DNA from: Octopus bimaculoides
Lineage: Eukaryota
Assembly: GCF_001194135.2 (NCBI RefSeq)
Contig: NC_068982.1
Location: forward strand, 162,602,026-162,666,025
Direction: 5' to 3'
DNA length: 64,000 bases
The position numbers and the translations under genes were made by a program. Under the pieces are notes generated by a model. That model saw nothing but the letters and a program-made list of their open reading frames with translations. It was not told where the DNA came from and ran no database searches. This document shows positions 51,539 through 64,000 of the stretch, piece after piece (within the stretch, counting starts at the first letter, position 1; every line of letters begins with the position of its first letter).

Positions 51539-51845
51539 CTGGTATTCCTGATTTAGACTCATCCATGCTGCTGTTCATATTACTCACTTTGTGAGTGTTG
51601 AGCACATCTACGGATTGGCTGGAAGGTATCACATGATCAGGTTGGTTTGAAGTACAGCTATCTGACATATCAGGTGATATAGGAGTTGAAGCCATCTTAA
51701 AGTCTATGGAACTATCATCAGTAATCTCCTCATTGATGTCATTGATATCACCAGTAATCTTCAGCTTTGGATCCCCATTTACCATAACAAAGTCCTCGCC
51801 AGTCGATGAAGATTCCACAGAACTTCGACTCACTGTGTCTTCCAT
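51539..51845 (-). CDS. RABGAP1: RABGAP1/RABGAP1L-like Rab GAP, coding exon 1 (MEDTVSRSSVESSSTGEDFVMV...SKSGIP)
   Basis: ATG in strong Kozak context GTCACCATGG with an in-frame TGA upstream in the same exon. Exon starts at 51896 after a pyrimidine tract and CTAG acceptor; donor CAG|GTGAGA, phase 1. SxxSxxEDFVxV N-terminus resembles vertebrate RABGAP1/1L (recalled homology, no search run). Confidence 0.85.
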
Positions 51846-51896
51846 GGTGACAAACCTGGCTCACAGTGGTCGAGCACAAGTGAAAAGCAACTCTAC
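51846..51896 (-). other. RABGAP1: 5'UTR part of the first coding exon
   Basis: Lies between the CTAG acceptor (AG at 51898-51897) and the ATG, implying an upstream non-coding exon that I could not locate. Confidence 0.7.
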
Positions 51897-52469
51897 CTAG
51901 AAAAACAATAAAAGACACAGAAAATAAACTTTAAAAATCAATTCCAGAAAGAAAAACAAAATATTTTTAATCATCATTATCATTACCATTTTTACATTCA
52001 CTTTTCCTTGTATGTGCAGATTGCATAGTCTCTTCTTGTGTTCCTTTGTCAGCAACTTAGCAACATCACTTGTTGTGTTCCTTTGTCATCTCCTTTGTAA
52101 AGTTCAACATCCTAAGATCAGCTTTCACAACTTCCCATCTATCATTATCCATATGCATCACATGTCCATACCAATGCAGTCATCTTTTTTGCACACTACA
52201 TCTCATACCTCTTATACCCAATTTTTCTTTCAGCTCAACTGTGCCTTGTCTTCCATGTGCACAAACATTGCATATTCAATGAAGCACTTGTTTTATCTCT
52301 TTCCATCCTTCACACATACTCTGCATTCACTACCTACATCTAATATTTGTTAGACTATTTTACATCCTTTCTAACATGAGTGGAAAGGTTTATTTATTGG
52401 AAAAAGTATTCTAATGATTGGATATTCATCCAATCTATTATTATTATTATTATTATTATTATTATCATT

Positions 52470-52680
52470 GGTGACAAGCCGGCAGAATCATTAGCACACC
52501 AAAATGCTTAGTGGTATTTCACCTGCTGCTATGTTTTGAGTTCAAATTCCATGAAGGTCGACTTTACCTGTCATCCTTTCAGGGTTGATAAATTAAGTAC
52601 CAGTGAAACACTGGGGACCGATGTAAATGACTAGACCCCTCCTCCAAAATTTCAGACCTTGTGCCTTTAGGAGAAAGGAT
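52470..52680 (+). mobile_element. SINE family D copy flanked by (TTA)n on both sides
   Basis: Same internal blocks as 26052-26263. Confidence 0.8.
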
Positions 52681-55600
52681 TATTATTATTATGTTAAACG
52701 ATGATGATTATTATTGTACCACAAACATATCTTATTTTCCAGTCTGGTAAATGGTAATATTTAAACAATTCTACTTTGTTAGGGCTGACCAATGCACAAT
52801 CATATACATTGACTTAGTGATTCTTTCATCACTACTTGGGCAAGTACAATAAAGTTTATTCTTTGTTGATGAGGTCATAATAAGACCAAAATATGCCTGT
52901 AGCTGTCTACCATACTTGCTGAAATAATTAAAATATTATTGGTAATTGATTAATATTGTTTGCTTGTTGTTTTTTTTCTAACCACATAATTATTTCTAAT
53001 TAGCTTTTTAATGTTTAATGCACTGAATATTTCAACATCATCCAGTGTGTACATAACTATCAAGAGCTGTTGACATCTTGTATTTTTAGAATTTTAGGTT
53101 AATAATTGGTGAGGTGTCACTCTACAACAGATGCAATCCATTTTCGGTTTGAGTTAACTGCAGTAATTTGAAATGAAGTGCTTTGCCTAAGGATATATAA
53201 TGCCACCTAGTCCTGGAACCAAATTCACAATCATACAACCAGGAGTCCAACAACTTAACCACTGGACCATAGGCATTCACTACTCAATATATCAACACTA
53301 ACTTAACTAAGTAAATGGGTGTGTTACTCAAGCAGTAGATCTGCTCTTATGATCGTAGGATAGTAGTCAAAACACTTTAACTTCAATTATAGTGTCCTTT
53401 ATCATCATTACTTTGATCTGAAATTGGTGTGTACTTCCATAACACACATACATTACATCTACATAAGTAATAATTACAGTATTTCAAGATCAATAAAGAT
53501 AAAATGTAGTTAAATTTACTATCATAAAATCAATTGTAAATGATTCAATTCTATTAAATTTGCTGTAAAAACAATTTCCTTGGTTATTTGAAGTAAGTTA
53601 ATAGTATGACTGACAATCATGATTATTGGAGAGTGGGCTATGTAATGTGGTTTTATGAGTTCTTATTGTTGTTTAGTCTCAAATCAACCCTGATCCAACA
53701 AACTTATGATCAAAAGCGTTCCAGTCTTGACAATCTTTTCTTTTTTTTCACAGTGTGTATTATGTTCTTCAATATGCTCTTTCTTTTTAAGATGGTAGGG
53801 ACTGATCAGAAAGCAATTTGGTTGCTTTTTCTAGCAGCTTCAATAACTAAGTGGATCAAGAACAGGAAATCTTTTTTAAGAAGCGAGCTGCATTAGACAT
53901 GGTTCATCATCAGGCAGGCTGCATTACCAAAAAAATGCAAGGTAATTTTTCATTCGGCATGCCATTTGAAAGGTCCTGCTTGCTGAAGTTTGCCCACAAC
54001 TGGTGTAAGCACTGCCTCATCTGAATGGTATGATGTAGTATGGCATCTACCGTAGTATGAGCACATGGGGTTGTGTTGTGAGTGTAGTGTTGTTTGTGTA
54101 TGTATTGTTGTGATATTGTGATATGATGTCACTATCAGTGATGCATGTGTGCGTATGTGCGTTCAGTTGTCTGGTGTGTACTGTGCAATGTTGTATGCTA
54201 TGGTGTCTGATGCGGTATGAGTGTGGTGTAAAGTATGACATACTGTGGTGGTACAGTGTGTGGGATGTTATGTGTGTGATACAGCATGTATGATGTGTGG
54301 AGTTGTTATTGTTTAGTTTAGGTTAGCCTGCTTCAGCAGACCATTGATCAACAGTTCTAACCATGACCATCCCATTTTTTCGAACATAGCATATCTAGGA
54401 TGATTTTAACAACACTTGTGAATATTCGGGTCAAGTCTCTGGTCTAAAGATAATTTCCTCCTTACTTTCCACTTGCTTCAGCAGCTCTCTAAGTCATCAA
54501 AAAATGAGTAGATAAAGGATAGGGTTAACTGAATTGTTTAGCATGGGCTTTAAGAGTGAGACATAGTAAGAATAGCAGAAACAGGGGAGGTGTAATGCAT
54601 TAGATGGGTTAACCAGTTAAGAATTTTGTGCTGTATTTATAATCAAGACACATAAGTCTGCGATGACCAAGTCTACTTAGGTATTGAAAAGATGGAAAAA
54701 ATATCTTTTATAAAACACTTGTAGCACTAGAAGTTAATCACCAGTCAGATTTAAAATTTAAAAATGATATATCAATGGATATTTTGTTTTTCTATCCTAG
54801 AGGCTAGAATAATTCAATGTTTCCTTCATTTTTTTAAGACAGTAAGGTACAATTTGAATGAAATTCTGATGTTGTTTCTAACAGGCCAAGAAACTACAAA
54901 AATTTTCTCCTAGGCTCAATGGAATGTGTTTGTATGACATCTGGAGAAAAGAATTTAAAGTTTCAGGCATTATTCCACTTTGTAAATTTTATTAAAAAGG
55001 CCATATAGTATATATTTCCTTTTGCAAGAGTCATGGTGGCTGAGTGGTAGAATTGTTAATCTTAAAATGAAATCTTCATAGTAAAACAATATTTCTGATG
55101 CAACCTAGTTGAAATGTTACCAGTGTTCACTCTCATAGATAAAAACCATCTCATTTACTCCACAGCTATTCACATGTATTAAAAGAAATGTAATACAACA
55201 AACCAGGTGTTTATTTTTGTTGTTACTGTTAGAAAGAGAAAGGGCAGTGCCTAAGTTTCCTATATTGGGAAGTCAAGAATAACTGGTTGGTTTGATTATA
55301 AAGAAGGCTATTCAAAAATTTAATCCATACAAAATAGACAAATAAAAGTTTTGTTCTTTTCAATGGTAACATTTAACTCTAATCTCATGTGAGAAACTCC
55401 TTTATTTTTTGTATGTGTTTCCCTTTGCTCCAATGAATGAATTTAGCTAAAATACTATGCAAACCTATTTTACAATACATCTATTAAAATTACAAACCTG
55501 TTTTGCAATACATCCATTAAAATGAAGGATGTCAAATCATTTCTTGAGATATATAAACATGATGTTATACTAATCAAAGAGGGAGCTTCTATGTGGTTAT

Positions 55601-56119
55601 TCAACCAGCTAGCAATAGCAGTGAAATCTCTCTCAAATTATCCTTACCATCTTAAAAAAATAAATAAAACGGACACAATAATGTAGCCTAAGATACACAC
55701 TGAAAATAAGACAGGGTGGCTTTGATCATAGATCTACTTGATCACAGCTAATCTGAGGTTAAACTACGGCAATATGTAGAACACATAAAATATAATATTA
55801 GTAGAAAACTAAAAGACAAACTAGCAAAATCCAAATTGAAAAATTAAGATATTTGAAATAACCTTAGAATTAAAACTTAGCGAAACTGTTGAATAAGTGA
55901 ATGGCTCTTTCATTAGAAGCAACTTCTATTTTTATCCTTTAGTCTAGAGGAGTTTATCACAGAAACAAGAGAACAGTTATGAAAGCTCCATTCCTACCAT
56001 ATGTCAATATTCACTGAAGATTCCAGCACATTGGCAGGCTATGTGTGTCTTGGTCTAAGAAATGTTGTTGCTGTTCCATTTTTGGAATACACACCTACAC
56101 AACTGTTTAGTTGTGTGTA

Positions 56120-56153
<34 letters not shown>

Positions 56154-57261
56154 CATGCGTGCATGTGCACACGCATGCATGTGTGTCCATGTGTGCATGC
56201 ATGCATGTGTTACATTATTTGTTTTCTTATTTCTCATCAAAGCATTGAAACTTTGTCCTGAATTATGTCCACACTAACCAGCTGTATGTAGTCTACTAAC
56301 TGATACTCCATCAGTTACACCAATGAGGGTTCCAATTGATCTGATTAATGCAAAACCTTGCTCATGTAATTAACATGCAAGTGGATGAGCACTCCACAGA
56401 CATGAGAACCCTTCTACTAACTAATCTGGAATTATTTAACATAACATTGACATCATTGTTGTTTACTCAGTTCCCCATCTCAGTTTATTCAGATACAGTG
56501 TCTAGTCAACCCTCACATCATCTCAGTTCACAACATTGATTAACTTTATCTTAGTTTTTTTTTAGTTTACTTTTTAGTTAAGTAACTCTAAGATTTAGTC
56601 TCTACCTAACCTTACTCTTTCTATGATTACCCTAATTATTTATCTAGTCTTATCAACTATAGCAGCAATTTTTAATTTAGGGATACTTGAAACGTTTCAG
56701 AGATCCATAAACCACTAATTGAAATTTATCCTTTCATTCAATTACAAAAATCTTTCATAAATCCCATAAGCCAAAATTATATTATCAAAAAAATCAAAAC
56801 CAAAATGCATTAGGTTGTATGAAATAACTTGCCCATCTGGAAAACACGTTTGATCATTTATATTATATCTTGAAAACAATATTTAAAACTATTTTTAAGT
56901 ATAACTGACTTCTAATACAATATATTCCTACCAAATATTTTAGTCATTTGAATATAAAAAGAATAAATTTCTATGAAGTCACTTTGCTGAAGGATGATTA
57001 TATATTTTTGTAAAGAAGAATCTCTTTAAAGTTAGAGAGTTGGGGAAAACTGAGACTTTGAAATTTCTTGTATCACATTTCACAACTGGCTGGTCTTTAA
57101 CGGTAATTAAACCTTGCAGGATGAAAACAGCAATTTTGTTGTTGTTGTTATTATTGCTGTTACTTTTAGTGCCAGAATAAAAATATAAAATACTGCAAAT
57201 CAAAGGGATGTTAATCATCTCAACCTACCAAGTAAATAACATCCAACAAAAAAAAAACTTC

Positions 57262-57460
57262 TATATGGTCGCCTGATCTGCTAAATATAACAGCCAAATC
57301 TCCCTCAGATCACACCCTGCAATCTTAAAAAGGGAAGGGCACATTGTTGGATAATGTAGTCTTAGATACAAGTTGTCTGAAGAAAAGACAAGGTCATTGC
57401 TGGAACACCCTTAAACATACACAGGCCTGCTTGACCAGAGTTGACCTAATAGCAAACAGT
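57262..57460 (+). repeat. Dispersed repeat family E (AATAGCAGCCAAATCTCCCTCAAATC...GGATAATGTAG core)
   Basis: Decayed copies at about 7545-7745(-), 22640-22790(-), 24045-24230(-), 30445-30580(+), 32150-32360(-), 53662-53890(-), 54310-54410(-), 55583-55772(+) and 62815-62960(+). Confidence 0.7.
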
Positions 57461-58499
57461 AGCTACCAAGTAAATAAAGACATCACAAGCATTGGTGGCT
57501 TGTATCCAAAAGAAAAATTTAAAAAGAGAAAGCAGGGATTTTGCTAAAGAGTGCCTAATTTCTGATATTAAATTTTATCAAAATGGTGTGTTGGTAGACA
57601 GGGTAAACAACAGTGGAATTCTATACTAAATCTCTTTCACTGAATTATAGTCTTGATCCTTTATGTTCTCAGTTAAAATTATGTTGAGTTGGCTTTGTGC
57701 TAAATTTCTTAAATTCATTCAATTAACTATATTCTTAAAGTGAAAAGATTCTAGACAAAGGAAAAAATATATAAAACATTATAATAGACATATCAAAATT
57801 AAATATATAAAGCAATATCAGATCTATCAAAATTTTCAATTATTTCTTTATTTAGAAGGAATTGTTGATCAACTTAAATTAGCATCTTAATTTATTAGCT
57901 CTAAAAGAATACAAGAAAGATTAAGTCATCCCAAACAGGTTTTGGCTATGAATTGCATAAGTAAAGCAAGTCTCCAACTAACTATTCTATTTTTAGACAT
58001 ATATAAATATATTGCTTAATAGTAGAATAGTAGAGAGATGTTGACAATTTTCACTGAATATTTTAACAATTTAACTTAATTTCATTAATATTATCAGCAA
58101 GTGATAGGCTTAAGATACAAAGTAGAAGAATTATGATGGCAAAATAATCAATACTAATGTTAACTGACATATGAAAATAAGTGTTTGGTTTGGACAACAG
58201 AAACAAAATGGTCATTCAGTGAAGATGTTAGATAACTATAAACAGTAACTTAATACTATGTATGTGTGTATGGAACACTTGAAAACATGTGACTATGAAG
58301 CACTAACTTAACAGCTGTGGGTGTGTGCGTAAAGAGCATTTGTAAATTTTGCCTAGATGAAGACAAAATCTAACATTAGGAGAGGCTCTTGTAAACATGT
58401 GACTATATTTTATTTATAAAGAGAAAGAAATAAAGGAAAGGACTTTATACTAACAAAATATAATTTTCTAAATCTACTGATTTTAATTTTCACAGGTTT

Positions 58500-60550
58500 G
58501 GCATATTGTGTCTAGTTTGTGTGTGAATAATGCATGGTTAGGAAAGATTAGGAAGGAATAAAGGGTTGTGTTAACTGCATAAGAGTAGGTATTGTTAAAT
58601 GTGGCAGTAAGTTGCACAGAAGGAAGAGAGTAGGGGACATAACCAAACCCTTGGGAACACTAGAGTTGAAAGTGAGGTAGGAAGAGCTATGTCAGTACAT
58701 GCTAAATGGCATGATGTGATAGGAAGTTACCAAACCAAGAGATAAGAAATGGTTGGAGCCCATGGGTGGAAATTTTTGATAGAAAGTTTACATGCCAGAC
58801 ATTTCCAAAAGCTTTGCTGATGTCTAGAGTAACAACACTGCTTTTGCCAAACTTCTTTAGAAGAACAGTCCACTGGTGGGTGAAATAAGAGAATAGGTCT
58901 CCAGTGGATCTGGCTCTACAGAAACTATACTGATAGTGACTGAAGAGAGAGAGAGAGCAGATGGAGAAAATCATTGTTAATGGTTGTTTCCATTATCTTG
59001 GAGATATTAGAAGTGAGAACAATAGGGAAATAGTTAACTAGGTTGGAGGGGTTGCTTACTTTGGAACAGGACTCACTGAAGCATGCTTCCAAATGTCGAG
59101 GTATATAATCCAGTAGAGAGCGAGAAATTAAAGAGTTTGGTAAGTTTGGAGCAAGTTCTGGGGCACACTGTTTAAGTGTAATGGAAAGGGCATTGTCAGG
59201 ACAGGTGGCTTTGTTTGTTTAAAGTAGCTGGAGGTATTTCTGCACTTGACATATATATAAGCTGTGTGAGAAGCCTACTGAAACAGAAGTGGAAAGATCT
59301 GAAGAGCATTGGCCAAGGATGTGAAGTTGGATGCAAAACAGATGGCAAAGGTAGAGGCTTTCTCCATTAGGGTACTGCTTATGGAGTATCCTTATATAGA
59401 AGGAGAGGTAAACAGAGTTGGTGGAAATCTTTTTGACAAGGAACCAGAAGGATCAGGGCATCAGTAGCATACCAGAGTAACAAGGGTTGCACTGCTGAGT
59501 GAACACCACCCAGGTTTCTTGTGTGGGGAATGTAAAGAAACATGGTTAAAAGGATAGTTTTAGTTACCAATATAACTATTTCTGAAGGGTCAGGAGTGAA
59601 CCTGTGTGCTACTAGGGATAAGTAGCATAAAACCAGTGGAGTTGACCAATTGGCTGGTTTGAAGTGCTATAAGGTCCAAGGTAAATGGGATGTTGTGTGG
59701 TCTGTGGTTGTGTACTGAGCAGTTGTGATAAAGTAGTGGTTGGATGACCCTATGGATGCAGAGACAGTTATGTCTAATAAAAGGTCAAGGATGTTTGTAG
59801 TTTCTAAGTAATGGTCAGGAATGTAAAGAGGGAATGAAACAAGATGGTGTAAAAAGTTGAGAACAGCACTGGATTTTGCTTCCACACCAGTCATGAGTGT
59901 GAAATTTACGAGGAGTTATAAACATTGAAGTTAACAAGGATGATGAAAGGGAAAGGCAAAATATATATTCTCAATGTAGAAGGTGCAATAGTCAGAGTAG
60001 CTGGTAGTCTAAGAAGTTCAGAGAACAATACAGGGAACAGATGTATTTGGAGGAATGAGGAAATGAGATGTTGAGCCGGAGTAACTGGAAGTCACTGTTG
60101 CTGAACCTAGGTGATATAGGTGAAAGACAAGGAGATTGGAGTCTATGTATGTGCAGACACTACCTTTCAGAAAGAAATTTAAGTTGAGAGTATATCCTGA
60201 GCAGTGAAGATGGGTTGTGAATAGGAGTTAAGAAAGTTGTGCCTCAGGAGAAACATGATGTGTGATTTGTTTGAGGGTAAGTAGTGGTGTGTGGGACCTA
60301 GGCTGGACAGAAGACCTCAGATGTTTAAGAAGAAGGAGAATAGTCCAATGGACATATGCGTATTTTTTGGTGTTACGGGAAGCATAGAGGGTGCTTGGAA
60401 AGGTCATGGAAATCTTTGATCCAGACACCTGATCAGATGCTTGCAACAAGTGAACTCTGATAAGGATACCCAAGGGCTGGTTGTATGGTGGTGTTAAAGT
60501 TGGGCAGTGTGGTATGCCCACCATTAAGGCAAAAAGGTATGGAAAAACTT
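58500..60550 (-). mobile_element. Degenerate APE+RT LINE (jockey/CR1-group)
   Basis: RSTGDL...LDISKAF..VWH..LSK, VPKG.VMSPTLFL and YSYA RT motifs; an upstream LDLLL endonuclease-end motif near 59790. Confidence 0.8.
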
Positions 60551-60604
60551 TATGTTAAAGGGGGCTACATTAGTAAAAATAAAACAGGAAAAAAAAGACA
60601 GGAA

Positions 60605-62286
60605 TCTATATATATATAAAAATGAGAATGTGTGTCTGTCTGTCTGTCTGTGTGAATCCCTAAAACTCGAGAACTACGCAACCAATTTCATTCAGATTTT
60701 ACACATGCCTTACTTAGGGTTCCAGTTGTGTTTTAGTCAAAAAAATTTTTAGCTTCTTGCAGAGTTCGAGCACACGGCAACATAATATCTCCTCCACTAT
60801 TTAAGTATTACGTGTCAAAAGTGAAACAAAAACACTCATGTCAAATACTTTCACTTTAAAAATGAAACTATTCCACTAACTGAAACAATCACATTTCGAT
60901 ACTGTAATGACAGATACTTTCACAGAGAGAGAAAGAAAGAAAGAGAGAGACAGAAAGAGAGAGACAGAAAGAGAGAGNNNNNNNNNNNNNNNNNNNNNNN
61001 NNNNNNNNNNNNNNNNNNNNNNNNNNNNNNNNNNNNNNNNNNNNNNNNNNNNNNNNNNNNNNNNNNNNNNNNNNNNNNNNNNNNNNNNNNNNNNNNNNNN
61101 NNNNNNNNNNNNNNNNNNNNNNNNNNNNNNNNNNNNNNNNNNNNNNNNNNNNNNNNNNNNNNNNNNNNNNNNNNNNNNNNNNNNNNNNNNNNNNNNNNNN
61201 NNNNNNNNNNNNNNNNNNNNNNNNNNNNNNNNNNNNNNNNNNNNNNNNNNNNNNNNNNNNNNNNNNNNNNNNNNNNNNNNNNNNNNNNNNNNNNNNNNNN
61301 NNNNNNNNNNNNNNNNNNNNNNNNNNNNNNNNNNNNNNNNNNNNNNNNNNNNNNNNNNNNNNNNNNNNNNNNNNNNNNNNNNNNNNNNNNNNNNNNNNNN
61401 NNNNNNNNNNNNNNNNNNNNNNNNNNNNNNNNNNNNNNNNNNNNNNNNNNNNNNNNNNNNNNNNNNNNNNNNNNNNNNNNNNNNNNNNNNNNNNNNNNNN
61501 NNNNNNNNNNNNNNNNNNNNNNNNNNNNNNNNNNNNNNNNNNNNNNNNNNNNNNNNNNNNNNNNNNNNNNNNNNNNNNNNNNNNNNNNNNNNNNNNNNNN
61601 NNNNNNNNNNNNNNNNNNNNNNNNNNNNNNNNNNNNNNNNNNNNNNNNNNNNNNNNNNNNNNNNNNNNNNNNNNNNNNNNNNNNNNNNNNNNNNNNNNNN
61701 NNNNNNNNNNNNNNNNNNNNNNNNNNNNNNNNNNNNNNNNNNNNNNNNNNNNNNNNNNNNNNNNNNNNNNNNNNNNNNNNNNNNNNNNNNNNNNNNNNNN
61801 NNNNNNNNNNNNNNNNNNNNNNNNNNNNNNNNNNNNNNNNNNNNNNNNNNNNNNNNNNNNNNNNNNNNNNNNNNNNNNNNNNNNNNNNNNNNNNNNNNNN
61901 NNNNNNNNAAATCTCAGGGTCAAACACTGTCTGTAGCTGGTCTTCTCTTGGAAGAGCCCTGCTTCTCACATGGACAACTGTATGTTGGCTGCTCAAGAGT
62001 GGGCAGCAAAAAAAACCTATTTGTATATGCTCCACAAGAGAAAACAAGGAACATTGTTTACAACGAGGTGTTATAATCACAACAGCAAGAAAGTATGTAC
62101 ATGATCACCTTCTTTTACGAAACTTCATTGACTTTCATATATTTATATTGATATACATATTTTTACGTGTGTTTGGGTGCATGTGTGTATATACATCTCT
62201 ATATATAAAGATGATGCGTAGTCTAGACGGCGTTTTTAGATTTCATTATTCTCTTTAACCCGGGCAACGCCGGGTATTTCTGCTAG
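60605..62286 (+). mobile_element. Helitron (gap inside) with PIF1-helicase C-terminus
   Basis: 5' A|TCTATATATATATAAAA. 61909-62076 encodes KSQGQTL..AGLLLEEPCFSHGQLYVGCSRVG...KTRNIVYNEVL* (RepHel helicase end). 3' hairpin ACCCGG-GCAACG-CCGGGT followed by CTAG|T. Confidence 0.9.
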
Positions 62287-63239
62287 TTAAAAATAAAGAA
62301 CATTAAGAAGAACAAAAGAAGAATAACAGGAAAAAAATTATTTTATTGATATATGATAATGGAGGCCAAAGTCCAACCTGCAAGAACTTAAAACATAACC
62401 AAATACCACAAACAGCTAAGCCAGCTACCTACACTTTCTGTCACTTTACTTCTTTTAGATCATTTGATAGTAGTTTATACTATAACTACCAATAAGGCCT
62501 GTTTTTCATAAGAAAATTTTCTCATATTACTAGTAGACAGGCCAAAGAGTTGCAAAATAAATTGATCTTGGTAGGAAATTAATTCCAAAGAAGTTTTGAA
62601 GCCTAACTATATTCTCCCTTTACCAATGATAATGTAAAAGAAAGATTAACACAACTTTGTGTCTAAACTTCAGTTCCTTCAACTCTTTTGGCCTTAATTC
62701 TTTAATATTCTCAGACACTATTCATTATCATTCCTGTTCTCTCTCTCTCAATAGAAAGTGCCAAAATTTCTGTACAGACTATCAAACTGCCAACAACAAC
62801 AAAAGTTAAGAGACTTCTATACAGGAGCTTGCTTTGCAAGAAATATCAGCCAAATCTCCCTCAAATCATGTCCTACTGCCTTAAAATAGAATGGCACATT
62901 GGATAATGTAGGGCTAGATACACCTGAGTGAAAAAAAGACAGAACAGCTGGAACACATTTGATGGGAGATCACCTGGAACAAGTGAACTGGTATTAAACT
63001 ACAACAATCTAGCTAATTTTCACCAATGTATTTTTCCTGCTTCTTGTTTTATTATATTAACCAGCTTAAAAACTTGATTTAAAAGTAATTAATCATGCAT
63101 AACTATGAAATCAAAAATATATTGGTATGCTAGCAATAGTTCGTCATCGTCATCATCCTTTATCTTAATACTTCAAAGACTGAATACATCTATTTCAATC
63201 ACAATGGCTCAATGAGAACAATTAAACAAAATCTCCTAA

Positions 63240-63490
63240 AATCTGTGAACTCTTTTGCATACTTTAGGAGCAACATCACATCAATAGATAAAAAATGTAA
63301 ATCACTGATATCATCAGAGCACATTGCCGGAGGGCCAAGGAAAAACTTATTGATGCACTCTTATGGACATTAGAACATGAACATACTTAGGTCAACTATC
63401 CAATAAAAATTATATTGTGCAAACACAGGATGATGCTATACTAACCTACCAGACAATGCAAGATCATGATAGATGGTGCAATTGAAACAG
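63240..63490 (+). mobile_element. Old RTE-like LINE remnant
   Basis: Degenerate LKSVNSFAY..SNI and DDAIL..YQ.MQDHDRW-like segments. Confidence 0.35.
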
Positions 63491-64000
63491 GTAAACCCAA
63501 ATAAGCGCAACAAGATTATCAACTGTGTCAAGAAACATTGAAACAGTTTAAGTATCAAATATCTAAAAGCCTCTGAAAAAAAGTAAAATTTCATGAAATC
63601 TACAAGTTTGGATATATTCGATAATGTTCTTATTTGGGTACATCTATTTACATTTCAAATTTATATCACATTTCAAGTTTAGATATGTCCATGTGATGTT
63701 TCAAAGTTCAATATATCCATATGGCATTTCAGGGAAAGACCTTTATGGAATAGAATAAAAAAACATAGAAAAAAAATTTAATGTTTAAGGCACTATTGAG
63801 CATACAGCTTTGTAAAATTTAGACAGCAAGTTACACATAGGTGCCAAGTAATACTCATGTATCTACCTGGTGATATTTAGGTATCGTTTAATGTTTAAGC
63901 ACTCAGTGATATTGCTCATGGTAACATATCCAATTATACTTAAATACTAAATACTGTTTAGGCAGCCTCAGACATTGTTATGATAAATTTCCCTCAAAAG

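Noticed and set aside
60889-62080. Long 340-390 aa ORFs, and similar X-rich ORFs at 3141, 19799, 33299 and 48981
   Set aside because: Their length comes from N gaps; only 61909-62076 (Helitron helicase end) is meaningful.
52000-64000. Promoter and first non-coding exon of the gene
   Set aside because: No CpG-rich region or convincing donor outside repeats was found; it may lie beyond the window.

Overview
AT-rich, microsatellite- and SINE-dense animal genomic DNA with six N gaps. The repeat families suggest a coleoid cephalopod, probably Octopus; this is inferred, not proven. One protein-coding gene runs on the minus strand: the 5' part of a RABGAP1/RABGAP1L-type Rab GTPase-activating protein. 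Seven phase-consistent GT-AG exons give 431 codons (N-terminal LIR-like motif, PTB/PID domain, DUF3694-type region). The TBC domain exons lie beyond the left edge and the 5'UTR/promoter lies to the right of 51896. The introns, including a 31.9 kb first coding intron, are filled with tRNA-derived SINEs, RTE/CR1/jockey-group LINE remnants, a Tc1 remnant, hAT MITEs, a TTAA-target (Kolobok-like) element, a Penelope-like element with inverted terminal repeats, and a Helitron. The best leads are a frame-preserving 24-nt microexon candidate, the Naiad-like Penelope element with hammerhead-like remnants, precise nested insertions, and head/tail module swapping among SINEs. I see no convincing evidence of a wholly new biological system.
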